This document shows, one piece after another, positions 36,058-48,299 of a stretch of 64,000 nucleotides of DNA. Each line of letters starts with the position of its first letter. Position 1 is the first letter of the stretch. Made by a program: the position numbers and the translations under genes. Where the stretch lies: the NCBI RefSeq assembly GCF_038025025.1, contig NW_027117347.1, positions 1,612,001 to 1,676,000 on the forward strand. Direction: 5' to 3'. Source of the DNA: Phyllosticta citribraziliensis (taxonomy: Eukaryota). The notes under the pieces are model-generated. The model was not told the DNA's origin, searched no databases, and saw only the letters and a list, made by a program, of their open reading frames with translations.

Positions 36058-38320
36058 GTTTTGCGACTTGCACCCGGAAACTATGCTGATTTGCCAGTAG
36101 CCCCTCGTACGAAGCGCGTCGGGAGGAAGTTCGCCGCCAGCACGATCACAAACTCTGAGCGTTCCGTCCCTTCTCTTCCGACCAGTCTGTCATGCTGGAT
36201 GAGCAAGACATGGACAAGGAGAACCCAGGGCAGCTGGCCACACGCGTCGCAAAGCCGGCGGCGCGACCACGCGCAACACGGCGACAACGCGCAGCACTCG
36301 TCCCTCTCCCCACGCCCGCCTCTCCGCCTCGAAATGATGGACTCGCTGCAGTCTCGTCTCGGCAACGCCACACCCGTCCGGTCCGGTCCGGATCGCACCG
36401 CGCAGTGTTGTACATGGATTATACAGTACTAGAAGCGACCCTCCCCTCCTCTCCTCTCCGATATCCTCCTCTCCACCGCAAAGTGTGTGTGCATGGCTAG
36501 CTCGAGCTCCCGCCTGCCTCCATCACCACGGCGCAAACGGGCTGACCCACCCACCTGTACGATTTGAACGAAGCAAAAAGCGACCTGCCCCTATTGTCTT
36601 GAGTTCTATACTCTCCCCAGCCCCTCCTCTCCTCTTTTCGACATGGACGTCTTCTGTCTCGTCTGTCTTCTCCGCTCTTCCTTCTGCTGCACATGTATAG
36701 ACACGCTCGCCGCATGGAAACGAAAGCGTAGTATACCCCCAATTTTCATTTCTTCTTTGTCTCCACACTCCTCTTTTTCACGCGTCTCTCTACTCATACT
36801 GTTGCGCTGTTTGCCTCATACGCGCGTTTTGGCGATATGGCGTTGCGTTGCGTGGTATGGCAGGTCGTGGCGCTGTGTTGCGCATCTGTTGCATTGTCAA
36901 TGTGCATGTACGTATGCATGTATGTATGTACGATTTACCGTTGTCTGGAGCGAGTGAATGAATGCTGTAGAGCGGACGACGAAAGGGCAAGGAAAAAAAG
37001 AGAAGGGGGCGAAGAAATGAGGGGACCACACGATATACCATCTTGGTCAGGACACTGGCGTAGGAAAGAGAAAACAAACAAGAACACGTGAATAGAAATG
37101 AGAAGAATGGAAGGTGAATAGGAGCATGGCGTTCTTGGGAGGCAGGCAGTGAGAGTGCACATTTACCTACCCACTGAGCTACGAACGCCTGATCCCCTCC
37201 GACGATGGTAATGATATGGGATCGTCCGTCATACCATCAAGCCATCATCACATCATGTCCACGAACCAGGAACCCCGGCATTCATCACAAAGTGCGCAAA
37301 CGCAAACGAAGTGAAAAGGGAAAAAGCGACTGATATTGCATCCCTCGCCTTGCCCTGCCTGGCCTGCCTGGCCCAGTCAGTTCTTCGCAGTCCAAGCGAT
37401 ACTGAGCTGTACTGAACTGTACTTTTGAATATGTGCAATTTGGCCCTGCCATGCCGTGCCGTGGCTATGGGTTTTCCATCAACTTTGTCGCCTGATCACC
37501 ACCTCGCCCGCCCGCCCGAGAAAAGAAAGATGGATGAGATAGATGCATGCTCATTAAAGGAGATAGCGAAACGAAAGAGGGAGAGAGACAGAAAGGGGGA
37601 GAGAGAGAGAGAAAGAGAGGTCATGGCCGGCATGCGTGGATGCTTGTAGTAGTGGTAAAATGAAAAAAGTGTCCGAAAATGAGCAATCGTAAAAGGAGGA
37701 GAAAGGAAAATTGAATGCGGCTACTGCTATCTGAGTAGACAAAGAGATGAACGGAGAAGACGAGGACAGACAGGTAGACAAGGCAGGACGACAGCGGTGG
37801 CAGGCGCAAGACAGCCGAGCGAAAGAGAATGCGTTTGTTTGGTGCTGGTCATGATGGTGGTGGTGGTGGTGCATGCCGGTAGAGACAGCGGGTATTTGCG
37901 CGCTGCTTTTATGCGAGAGTGCTGTTTGTTGATGCGCTGGGTACCTGTACCCAGACAACCAACCAGGCAGCCGTGTTTTCCAAGAGTGAGAGGGAAAGAG
38001 GGGGCAAAGTGATTGAGGATGACGGTAGTGGCGGCGATGAGACGCCGGTTTGAGCGACGCGGCAGGTCGGCTCGATGCGAATGATGACGATGAAGATGAT
38101 GATGCCGTGGGATATATGTATCCGACGTATGATTTTGGTGATTTGGTTTGGTTTAGTTTAGGGTGGTTGCATTTAGCGAAGCGTATGTATATCGACGTAT
38201 GCGCCAGCCACGAGGTCGTCGTGTCGTATCAACGAACGCAGCCAGCTCTCCTCCTCTGCGAGCTGGCAAACGAGGTCCAAACGAATGCAGTGATGCTCTC
38301 CAACTTCAACGACGAAAGGA

Positions 38321-38707
38321 CTACTCGCTCCTCGGCTCGCCGCCGCGGCCAAAGCCCCACATGGCCGCGTCGACGGGGCTCGGCGGCGGCGCCTCGATGG
38401 CAACGTCGCGCAGCGCGGCGGCCTTGGCGGACCTGCTGACGCCGGCGTCGTCGATGGGGCCGCTGGCCTTGAGGGCGGCGGCGACGTCGTGGCCCAGGGT
38501 CGAGTGCGTGAAGAGGCTGAGGCGCGAGCGCAGGTACTGGGACGACGAGGAGCGGTGGGGAGCGGGGGAAGTGGATGATGACGAGGAAAGAGAGGGCGTG
38601 TGGAGAGGAGTGGGCCGCGGGCGCGTAGGGTGTGGTGAGGTGGTTGCGGTGGACGAGGGTGAGGAGTTGAAGGGTTGGACGGAGGGGTAGGTTGATGGAG
38701 TGGCCAT
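38321..38707 (-). CDS. Small hypothetical protein (128 aa)
   Basis: Strong start context (AAAAATGG), coding-like GC3-rich 3' half, and the only plausible gene in a low-complexity spacer of about 6 kb. Confidence 0.5.
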   Translation of the reverse strand: MATPSTYPSVQPFNSSPSSTATTSPHPTRPRPTPLHTPSLSSSSSTSPAPHRSSSSQYLRSRLSLFTHSTLGHDVAAALKASGPIDDAGVSRSAKAAALRDVAIEAPPPSPVDAAMWGFGRGGEPRSE

Positions 38708-41058
38708 TTTTTCGAGGTTGTCGAGTTGGATTGGTGGAGTGGACAGGGAGCAGCAGGTGGAAGGGGGTTATCAAGGTCGACGCGTGAGGGTTGAGAGATT
38801 ATCTGGTCAATTGCGTCAGTCAGTCAGAACTTGGGCAGCGAGCAGGAAAATGAAGCTTACAAGTCAGCAGCGCTAGGACGAGACAGGACGAGGTGATGGA
38901 ACGGGGAGCGTTTATGGTGAAGACGGCGGGACAGTGCGACCAGAAGGGCGAAGGGCAAAGGTTCAAGCAGGCCAGTGCTCGGTGGACCAAGTGATGGAGC
39001 GAGGCGGTGTTGAGGGGGGAGAGGGAGAGGGAGAGGAGGAGAGAGTAGGGGGACAATAATTATATCGGCGGTTGCTGCAGGTCGAGCCAATGGAATGTGG
39101 GGAAGACCAGACGTCTCTCATGCATGTTTCCGATTCACCTGGCTCAGCCCTGCCACCCTCCTCCCTGCCCATGCTCTCCTTAACCTTGACCAAACACTCT
39201 GAAAGCCATCTGTCGATCTGGCCTTGGTTGAAACCTCGCTGTTTCAATCCTCGCTCTTCAAGTCTTCGCCGTTTCTATCACCACCACACCACTCGACGCA
39301 CGCCATCCACCAATGACAGTCGCACACCTCGCTGCTCGCAGACCGCTCAACGCCAGGCGCCACGGCATGCACCAGCGTTGGCCCATCTGCAAACCAACTG
39401 GCTAGACTCCAGATTGCATTGCACACTTGTCCTGTAGACTGCTGTACAAGCACGCACCGCCGCCTCATCCGAGTCCCCGTCGCCGCCCTTGGTTCCACCG
39501 CCGTCCGCTATCGGCGAGGAATTGTCCCTCCTCCAGAGTTGCGTGCGTTGCTGCGAAGAATGCTAATCATCCCAACCCCAACCCCAACCGCCGATCGACA
39601 AGCTCTAGTCTCGTCCGGATCCCGCCGGCGCCTGAACTTGGATCCGTCTGGGGAACCACTGGAAAGGAAAAAGAAAAGAAAAAAGAAAACGCGGGGAAGG
39701 ACGCGCGCCACCCCCGACGAGGCTACCCCGTCAACCACCGCGTTCCATTGCAACGTGAACCTTGACCTTGGGACGGATTGCACTCACTCGCTCACTCAGT
39801 CGCTGCGAGCGGAAGTCGACCTGCTTCTTGCCCCAGTCTCGCCCCGGCCGTGTTTCTGCTTCTCCACACTCCGCATTTCCACTCCGCAATCCGACGGGGC
39901 CGGCCCGTTTTCTGTACGTATCCAGACTCCACGCCATCAAGACAGCAGTTTCGCCCTCCCTCTCCACGCTGTCCTCTCATCCTCCCCACCATTTGCGAGA
40001 TGCGACTCTAGTTGCAGCGGCTGTTACCTTAAGATCCTTCCACCCGCCGCTCACCGTGCCGTTCCCCCCATCCCATCCCACCCCTTTCTGCCGACGTTTC
40101 ACGTTCGGCTCGTTTGGATGCTTGCTGGCTTCTGGCTTGCTGGCTGGCTTGCTTGCGTTCAGCGTTTTGTTTCTGGCTCAACCTTACTAGCCTTCCTTGA
40201 ACGGGCGGCCCGCCCGTCACATAGTCAGACAAACCCCCCGGTATCCCAGTCCATGACACGCGCCCAGCCCCAGTTTTGGCTCGCGGTAACGGCAGAGCGA
40301 GGCCTTGCTTTTCACACTTTTTGCTCGTCCCAGGTGCGCAGAGCTGGTCTTACTTTTTGTCTGCTTGCTGGCTGGCCTGCCTGCCCTGCTTTTGCGAAGC
40401 ATGCATGCACGCCCGCACGTACGCCCGCACGTACGCACGCACGCAAGCTCTCTGAATGATGATGCGCATCCGGCGCGTCCGCCTGCCTGCCGCACCGTTG
40501 AGCAGAGGCATGCAAGGGGCGCTCGCTTCCCTCTCCATCATTTCCGGGTCCCAAGTTCCACGTTCCAAGCAACAAGCCTCGACTTGCTTTTGGGCGCGAT
40601 ATGCTTCTTCTTTCTCTTATTCTGCCTCACCTTTATTTCTTTCTTTTCTTTTCCCTGACCCTCCCGTCCATTCGCGTGCTCGCTTGCTTGCGTGATGATG
40701 ATGTGTTGTGGAAGAAGCATGCTTTTTGCGCTACACAGCCACCCCATGCCACGCCTCTATCTATCTGCCTGCCTGCCTGCGTGCATGCCCAATCTGCATT
40801 TTCTCAGGGGCGGAAAGATGGAAGCGATGTTTCACTGTCGACTGTCCTCCGTTCTACATCTCTCTCCAGTTGTCTCTTCAGGTGGTGACGCTCGCTGGGT
40901 GAAAAACAACCACAAACCCCCCTTTTGGCAATCCGTGAGCCGGCCCAGTCTCCCCCCGTCGCACACTGTTCGCAGTTCTCTTGCTGTGCTACAACTACCA
41001 TTCCTCCTCCTCATGCTCATCCTCATCCTTGCCCTTTCACGCCGTCCATCTCATCTCC

Positions 41059-41094
41059 GCTTGCTGTGCTTGCTGTGCTTGCTGTGCTTGCTGT
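41059..41094. repeat. (GCTTGCTGT)4 minisatellite within a microsatellite-rich spacer
   Basis: Read directly; neighbouring (GACA)n and (GCTT)n runs at 41295-41430. Confidence 0.85.
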
Positions 41095-42021
41095 CCTATC
41101 TTGTCTGTCCCACTCCACCCCACCCCACGCCACGCCCCCACGCAACGGGCGCTCCATTCTATATCTTGCGCGTCATATCATACATACCCTCGCTGAGGGA
41201 ATGGATGGACGCACGAAGAACGACGATCTGTTGCGACGCTGCTATCTTTCTTGCCTCGCACGTTTCACGTCTCATGGTGTCGGACAGAGGGATAGATAGA
41301 CAGACAGATTGATGGACAGACAGACAGACAGACAGACAGCCACAGGCGTACGCACGTACAAGCAAGAGCGAAACCGACGACGGCTGTCATTGTCAGTTGT
41401 CTGAGTTTTTGCTTGCTTGCTTGCTTGCTTGCGCTGCGATGCATGCATATATGCATGTATACCAGTACGCTCGGGTGCGTGTGTTGTCGGGAGCCGCGTA
41501 GGGAGGGTGGACGGCCAGCGCGCATGCATGTGATGCCTTGCCCTCTCCCTCGCGTTCGGTCACTGTCAATCCATCGATCAATCATTCACGCAGTCGATTC
41601 ATCGATTCGTCACTGTGTCGACATATCAAGTCAATTCATTCACTTACTTACCTTCGCTCTTGTGTGCTGCTGGCTGGCTACCAGGCCCGCAGGCAGCTAG
41701 ACAGGTCTGTAATGATGTACAATGCTGGAAGCTTTACACACTTCTCCTCGTGTGTCGCGTATGCGTGCGTGCGTGTCGTGGATAGCATAGCGGTATCTAC
41801 TACATCGCCATCACTCGCTCGCTTGGCGGTTGGTGATGGATGGGACGTGTAGGTGGATTAGATGGGGATGGGTTTGTTTTGGATTTTGGATCAACGGTGC
41901 AGAAGAGATGGAAGGGAATGCTCGATTCGGGGGGTTGCATTGTCTGACTGTCGCCTGTTGTTTGCGTCTTCCTATTCACGCTCCCCCTGACACGCCCATC
42001 CACCGCTCAACCCACCACCTA

Positions 42022-43719
42022 CTACTTCCTCATCGCCTCCAAATACGCCGCCGGCCCCACCTCCAACAGCCGCGCGTCCTTCCTGAGCACCTCCTCATGG
42101 TGCTCCTCGTAGAAAGCCCGCAAGCACTTGCGAACCCGCTCGTCCGCCGCCCCCAAGATGCGCGCCGCCAGCAGCGCCGCGTTGGTGCTGTTGTTGATGC
42201 CGACCGTGGCGACGGGCTCGCCGCGCGGCATCTGCACCATGCTGTACAGGCTGTCGACGCCGTCGAGCGTGCTGGCCTTGACCGGCACGCCGATGACCGG
42301 CAGCGTCGTGAGGGCTGCCGCCATGCCGGGCAGGTGCGCGGCGCCGCCCGCCGCGGCGATGATGGCGCGGAACCCGCGCGCTTCGGCGGATGTGACGAAG
42401 CTGTACATCCAGTCCGGCGTGCGGTGGGCCGACGTGATGCGCGTCTCGTAGGGGATTTTGAAGCTGTCGAGGATGCTGAAGGCGGGCGCCAGCACGGGCA
42501 GGTCGCTGTCCGAGCCCATGATGATGGCGACGAGCGGCTGCGGCGCGACGGATTGGGGGACGCTGGGCTCGCGCCCCTTTTGCGCGTCGACGGCCGCAAC
42601 GAGCGGGTTGATGAGGGCTTCGGCGTCGCGCATCGAGGCGGCCGTCACCGTGAGGTGGCCCATCTTGCGGCCCGGCCGCGCCTCGGCCTTGCCGTAGTCG
42701 TGGATGCGCACGCGCGCCGTCTGCTTGGCCCGGTCGTAGATGTCGACGTGGCTGTCGGGCGTGGCGCCGCCGAGCACGTTGAGCATGATGGCGGCCGGCT
42801 CGCGCAGCTGCAGGTCCGCTTCGCAGAGCGGCAGGTCGGTGATGGCGCGGAGGTGCGCTTCGAATTGCGACACGTGCGTGCCTTCGATCGTGTAGTGGCC
42901 GCTGTTGTGCGGGCGTGGTGCGATCTCGTTGATGAGCAGCGTGTCGTCGGCCAGCAGGAACATTTCGACGCCAAAGACGCCCTTGCCGGCGAACGTGGCG
43001 ACGGCCTTTTTGGCCAGGGCCTCGGCCGCGGCGCGTATCTCGAGAGAGACGCCGCGCGCCGGCGTGTAGGTGAGCTTGCAGATGCTGTCTTCGTGGATCG
43101 TCTCGGTCGTCGGGTACGCCAGCGTGCCGTTGCTCGTCTTGACGGCCATGACGGCCAGCTCCATCTTGAACTCGGCCCACTTTTCGGCATACAGCGGCCG
43201 GCTGCCCAGCTGCTTGAGGGCGTCGGGAATGTCGGCCGCGCTCTTGACCGGGTAGTTGCCCTTGCCGTCGTAGGCCTCCGTCTTGGACTTGAGCATAAAG
43301 GGGTAGCCGTACCGCGCGCCAACAGACCGCAAGTCGTCCTCGGTCGCCTGGTCGAGGCTGATGGACTCGGCCACGGCGACGCCGTGCGAGCTGAGGTGCT
43401 CCTTTTGCGCGTACTTGTCCTGGATGGTCCGCACCGTGCTCCAGTGCGGCTCAATGGCGACGGTGCCCTCGAGCTCCTCGAGCACCTTTGTGTTGATGTG
43501 CTCAATCTCAAAGGTGATGACGTCGCAGGCTTGGGCCAGCTTCTTGATCGACTCGGCGTCCTTGAAGGAGCCGTCAATGTGGCCGGCGTGGGCGCTGATT
43601 TGTTTTGCCGGTGCGCCTGGCGCGTCGAGGATGTTGATGGGAATCTTCATCCGGTTGGCCGGCTCGACCATCATGCGGCCAAGCTGGCCACCGCCCAGCA
43701 CGCCCACCGTCTTTGTCAT
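42022..43719 (-). CDS. ADE2: Phosphoribosylaminoimidazole carboxylase (PurK-PurE fusion)
   Basis: TVGVLGGGQLGRMM, KTEAYDGKGN, INEIAPRPHNSGHYT, RPGRKMGH, IIMGSDSDL, SAHRTP, AGGAAHLPGM. A 180-nt intron (43720-43899) ends immediately before the ATG. Confidence 0.97.
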   Translation of the reverse strand: MTKTVGVLGGGQLGRMMVEPANRMKIPINILDAPGAPAKQISAHAGHIDGSFKDAESIKKLAQACDVITFEIEHINTKVLEELEGTVAIEPHWSTVRTIQDKYAQKEHLSSHGVAVAESISLDQATEDDLRSVGARYGYPFMLKSKTEAYDGKGNYPVKSAADIPDALKQLGSRPLYAEKWAEFKMELAVMAVKTSNGTLAYPTTETIHEDSICKLTYTPARGVSLEIRAAAEALAKKAVATFAGKGVFGVEMFLLADDTLLINEIAPRPHNSGHYTIEGTHVSQFEAHLRAITDLPLCEADLQLREPAAIMLNVLGGATPDSHVDIYDRAKQTARVRIHDYGKAEARPGRKMGHLTVTAASMRDAEALINPLVAAVDAQKGREPSVPQSVAPQPLVAIIMGSDSDLPVLAPAFSILDSFKIPYETRITSAHRTPDWMYSFVTSAEARGFRAIIAAAGGAAHLPGMAAALTTLPVIGVPVKASTLDGVDSLYSMVQMPRGEPVATVGINNSTNAALLAARILGAADERVRKCLRAFYEEHHEEVLRKDARLLEVGPAAYLEAMRK

Positions 43720-44039
43720 CTGCGGCGGTCAGACTGGATGGGGGGATATGACGAGAGAGAAGAGGAGAGAGCATGACTGAATTTAAAGACGGAAGTGGAC
43801 GTTGAAGCATGAAAGCGGGACAGTTGGAAAATTTTGAGACTGAACGGTGACTGAAGAGATGTTGACGATGAAATGCTGATGCCACGTAAAAATACTCACC
43901 TTGTATCTTGTCTGGTGGAATCCACGGGGCGTGACGGACAACAAGGTCGTCGGAAGTTGAGCCGGTCGTTGGAGATTTTTTGCCCTGCCGACCCGACCCC
44001 AGACTGACGACAAGTGGTCTGTGCGCTGCTAGCGGGCCC

Positions 44040-44046
44040 GAGTCAT
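44040..44046 (-). promoter_or_regulatory. TGACTC (Gcn4/CpcA- or Bas1-type) site upstream of ADE2
   Basis: ATGACTC on the minus strand just upstream of the first ADE2 exon. Yeast ADE genes are controlled through TGACTC. Confidence 0.35.
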
Positions 44047-45287
44047 GCGCCGCCTATCGACGCTGCAGCGATAACGCACCAAGCCTTGAGCAGGCAATAA
44101 TCACTGCATTGGCACGTCTCCGTGGTGTTGTAGTTGCGTTGGGGATTGATTGATTGAGCGCGCTTGTGCAGTAGAAGACATTTCTTCGGGCATGCCCTGC
44201 GCGGTGGATTGACAAGCCTGCCTACGTCATAATCTTCACCCCACGCCAAACACCAAACACGACTTCGGCAATCAAAACTCTGCATCCCAGAACATGGGAC
44301 AGGGCGAGGATCCAGGGTTGACTGGAGCCAGAGCCAGAGCCAGCGCCAGCGCTTTGGGCGACCATGGCATTGAGAGCGCGACACTACGGCGGACCAGGAC
44401 GAAAGCAAGTACCGCTGTAGGTATTGCATTGCATTGGCTGACCTGACAGAATGAGGCGCGGTTGAAGGAGCAAAAGTGGGTGCGGTGCCAACGCTTGGCT
44501 TCAGACGGAGCAGCTTGTCCTTCTCCCCTATGTGGGAAAACCGACACCGACACATGACGCCCGTGGTGCGACTTAGGTTGCCGGTGGCTGGATTGACAGC
44601 GTGACTTGGTTGTGGACGCCGGGAGTGAAGCTGGGCAGGGGCGACGTTGAGCGCCCTGGTTGGGTTAGGCCTCAAGGCGTCAGGTCTGCTTCAAGACAAC
44701 TCTGAACATCGAGACGAGGTTCCTTGTGTTGCTTGTTGCTGTTGCTGTTGCTGTTGCTGTTGGGTTGCTCTGGCCAGTGCAGGTCGTTGCAAACAACTGA
44801 ACTTGACTCCCGGGCGGCCTAGCCGAAAGCAGTCATCGACACCCGAATCCCCAGACTCTCAGCACTCCACACTCCACACTCTCTCTCCTCTCGCCCATCC
44901 AACACGACACGCCTGCACCGCCCTCCTTGAATGGCCGCTCGACCCTCTCCGCCGACCGACCCCACCTCTTCTCCTCGCTCGCCCGCCGTCTGCGCCCTCG
45001 CACCGCTCCGCCGCACGCAATTGCGCATCAGGCTCTGCTCGTTTACCCGCCGCTGATAACCTCCCGCCGTCCCAGCCGCAATCCTGGTCGCGCTACGAGG
45101 CCTCTTTCTGTGTAGCTGCAGGCCCAGCGGCCAAAGCATCGTGCGCGCCCAGAGTTTGCGCCTCTGAGCTGCGCCGCCGCAAATGTCAAATCCCCCGGCC
45201 ACAACTGAGCCCAGCAGCAAGGTGAGGGGCCTCTGAGTCGCGACTCGCCGACCACCTTCACTCATCCCACACCAGCCGTCGGACGCC

Positions 45288-46378
45288 ATGTCCTCGACAC
45301 CCCCCCAGACGAGGCTCATCCGCCTGCGCGATTTCATGGCCCAGCCCGTCCTCGCCTCCTTCTTCGCTGGCGGTGTCGCCGGCGCCGTGTCGAGAACCGT
45401 CGTCTCGCCGCTCGAGCGCCTCAAGATTCTCTACCAGGTCCAGAGCCATGGACGGAACGAATACAAATTGACAATAGGCAAGGCGCTGGGCAAGATGTGG
45501 CGCGAAGAGGGCTGGAGAGGCTTCATGGCCGGCAATGGGACAAACTGCATCCGCATTGTCCCCTACTCGGCCATTCAGTTTGGCGCGTTCAACTTTTACA
45601 AGCGGGTGAGTGGTGCCGCCGCCAACAGCACTCTGAGGCTAACCAAGACAGTTTTTTGAGAATACCCCCGGAGCCCCCCTAAACCCTCACCAGCGCCTGT
45701 TTTGCGGCGGCTTGGCCGGCGTCACCTCCGTCACCTGCACCTATCCCCTCGACATTGTCCGCACCCGCTTATCAATCCAAACGGCCTCATTCGCCGGTAT
45801 TGCCAAAGACGCTAGCAAACAACTCCCGGGAATGTGGGAGCTGATGATGTCCATGTACAAGAATGAGGGCGGATTCTTGGCTCTTTACCGCGGAATAATA
45901 CCCACAGTGGCTGGTGTTGCGCCATACGTGAGTGTGGTATCTTCAGGGAGCGACAGGTCGCTGATATAATCTAGGTGGGGCTCAATTTCATGGTATACGA
46001 AACCATGCGCAACACCTTCACGCCCGAGGGACAAAAGGACCCGGGTGTCTTTGGAAAGCTTGCGGCCGGCGCAGTATCTGGTGCCGTCGCCCAGACTTGC
46101 ACGTACCCATTGTGAGTTTTTTGGTCCACTCTGCCTTCTCTTGCTAACCGTACAGCGACGTGCTGCGCCGCCGATTCCAGATCAACACCATGAGTGGCAT
46201 GGGCTACCAGTACAAGTCGATCTGGGATGCCCTCAAGACGATTGTCGGCCAAGAAGGCTGGCGGGGGCTCTACAAGGGCATTGCCCCCAACCTGCTCAAG
46301 GTCGCTCCTAGCATGGCCAGCAGTTGGCTTAGCTTCGAGTTGACACGAGACTTTATCCTGTCCAAGAGGACGCCCTGA
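45288..46378 (+). CDS. Mitochondrial carrier family protein (SLC25A42/YPR011C-like)
   Basis: Three carrier repeats (SPLERLKI, YPLDIVRTR, YPFDVLRRR) and GNGTNCIRIVPYSAIQF. Three GT-AG introns. Confidence 0.92.
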
Positions 46379-46807
46379 AGTGCGAACGCTACCAAAAGCA
46401 CTGATTTTACACTTGATGCCCCTTGCAACTGCAAAGGGCAGGCCGCGGCACATGATTAGCAGCGTAGAAAGCTTAGAGTGAACAGGTTTGGTCATGGATC
46501 GGGCGTGAATGTACAGAGGCTGGCGCGCAGAGGTCTTTGCATCGGGGTCACAGGTAGCGGGCGTTTTAGGCGGGCGGCAGAAAGAAAGATGGCGTGAATA
46601 GAGACAAAAATGCAAACATTTGATGGTCCCGATTTGTTGCAGCCGCGGTGGTGAGGCGCAAAGAGCGAGCTTGGCGCTCGCTAAGCGAAGGGCCGCACAA
46701 GCTCGGACCACGTCGCCCTACCTGCAAAATTGACCACCGTCCGCAACACCACCACGACCGACGAGACGACCCCCAACCGACGACCATCGACAACACTCGC
46801 CGCCACA

Positions 46808-47643
46808 ATGGGTACGTGAGCCCTCTTGCCTACGGATGGAGCAGCCAGCATCTGCTCGCCATCGTCGACTGCCACGCCCTGGCTGCGCTCCCGAACAAGT
46901 AGCTGACGTGCCGCCCTCCAGGTATCGATCTCGACAGGCACCATGTGCGGAGCACCCACCGCAAGGCTCCCAAGAGCGACAACGTCTACGTTAAGCTCCT
47001 GGTGAAGCTGTACCGTTTCCTTGCCCGTACGTAGCCTCGGAGGCGCCAACCGCGAAACCCACACGACCTCTAGGCGATAATTCTAACGCACCGCACAAAC
47101 AGGCCGCACGGATTCGGACTTCAACAAGGTGGTCCTCCGCCGTCTGTTCATGTCGCGCATCAACCGCCCGCCCATGTCCATCTCCCGCATCATCGCGACG
47201 GCCGCCAACAAGCACTCTGGCAAGGCCCACGAGGGCAAGACGATTGTCATTGTCGGCACCGTCACCGACGACAACCGCCTGCTCGAGGTCCCCAAGCTGT
47301 CGGTCGCCGCCCTGCGCTTCACCAGCACCGCCCGCGCCCGCATCACGGCCGCCGGCGGCGAGTGCCTGACGCTCGACGAGCTGGCCCTGCGCGCCCCGAC
47401 CGGCGCCAACACGCTCCTCCTCCGTGGCCCCAAGAACGCCCGCGAGAGCGTCAAGCACTTTGGCTTCGGTCCCCACTCGCACAAGGTACGAAGACTGCGC
47501 GGTTTTCCCGGATGGCTGGAAACGTTTTGTCGTTTTCGCTGGATGGCTGCTGACTCCCCTCACAGAAGCCCTACGTCGAGTCCAAGGGCAGGAAGTTCGA
47601 GCGTGCCCGTGGCCGCAGAAGGAGCAGGGGTTTCAAGGTGTAA
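46808..47643 (+). CDS. RPL18: 60S ribosomal protein L18 (eL18)
   Basis: [37 protein letters not shown]...[14 protein letters not shown]...[25 protein letters not shown]. Three introns. Confidence 0.97.
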
Positions 47644-48271
47644 GCGGGGTTGTAGCAGCACTCCTAGCACATCAACGACAACAACCAGGCGCAACAAATG
47701 CTGTTACTGCTGCGAAGGACGACAACAACTACGGTGGTGGCGGACAAACGACAACGGTGATATCAGGCCCGGGGAGTTCCCTTTTTTTCGCGACAAAAAA
47801 AGGCAGGTCAACGACAACATCAACAACGTGGCGATTGTGCGTGTGCATGGTCGGGGCTCCCCTTTTGCTGGCTGGCGAAATGCTCTCTTCTTTTCCTTTT
47901 CGGTTACCAGGGGAATAACAAAAATGATCATGTCCACGCGACTCGCCACAACACTTGGGATCCCGCCGTTTGATGCGCAACGTGTGGCGTGTGATGTGAG
48001 CGGCAGGCTGACCAGCAGAAACCGTGGTGGAGAGAAAAGAGTAATCGTGAGCCGCGGCGTGAGTGAGGTGGATCGAGTTGCTTTGCTCCGCTGTGTCTGT
48101 TCATGTAGCATCAGCGGCGTGTAGCTTTCTGCCTCGTCGATTTCAACATCGCCAGCGCCGTCAACATGACCCGCCAACGCACTCAGCCCACGGTGGTCCA
48201 GCCGCGGGCGTCCGTGTGCACAGTGCCCAAATCCACCCACCCACCCACCGCTCGTGCCTCATCCACAGAAC

Positions 48272-48299
48272 CCAGACTCCAGACTCCAGACTCCAGACT
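48272..48299. repeat. (CCAGACT)4 tandem repeat
   Basis: Read directly from the sequence. Confidence 0.85.

Noticed and set aside
38150..38170. TTTAGGGT as a possible telomerase-RNA template
   Set aside because: It does not give the roughly 1.5-repeat TAACCCTAA template expected for TTAGGG telomeres.
41830..43776. 648-aa plus-strand ORF (and similar long antisense ORFs over UBP14, IST1, RQC2 and SEC24C)
   Set aside because: These are antisense shadows of GC3-rich genuine genes and show no independent protein features.
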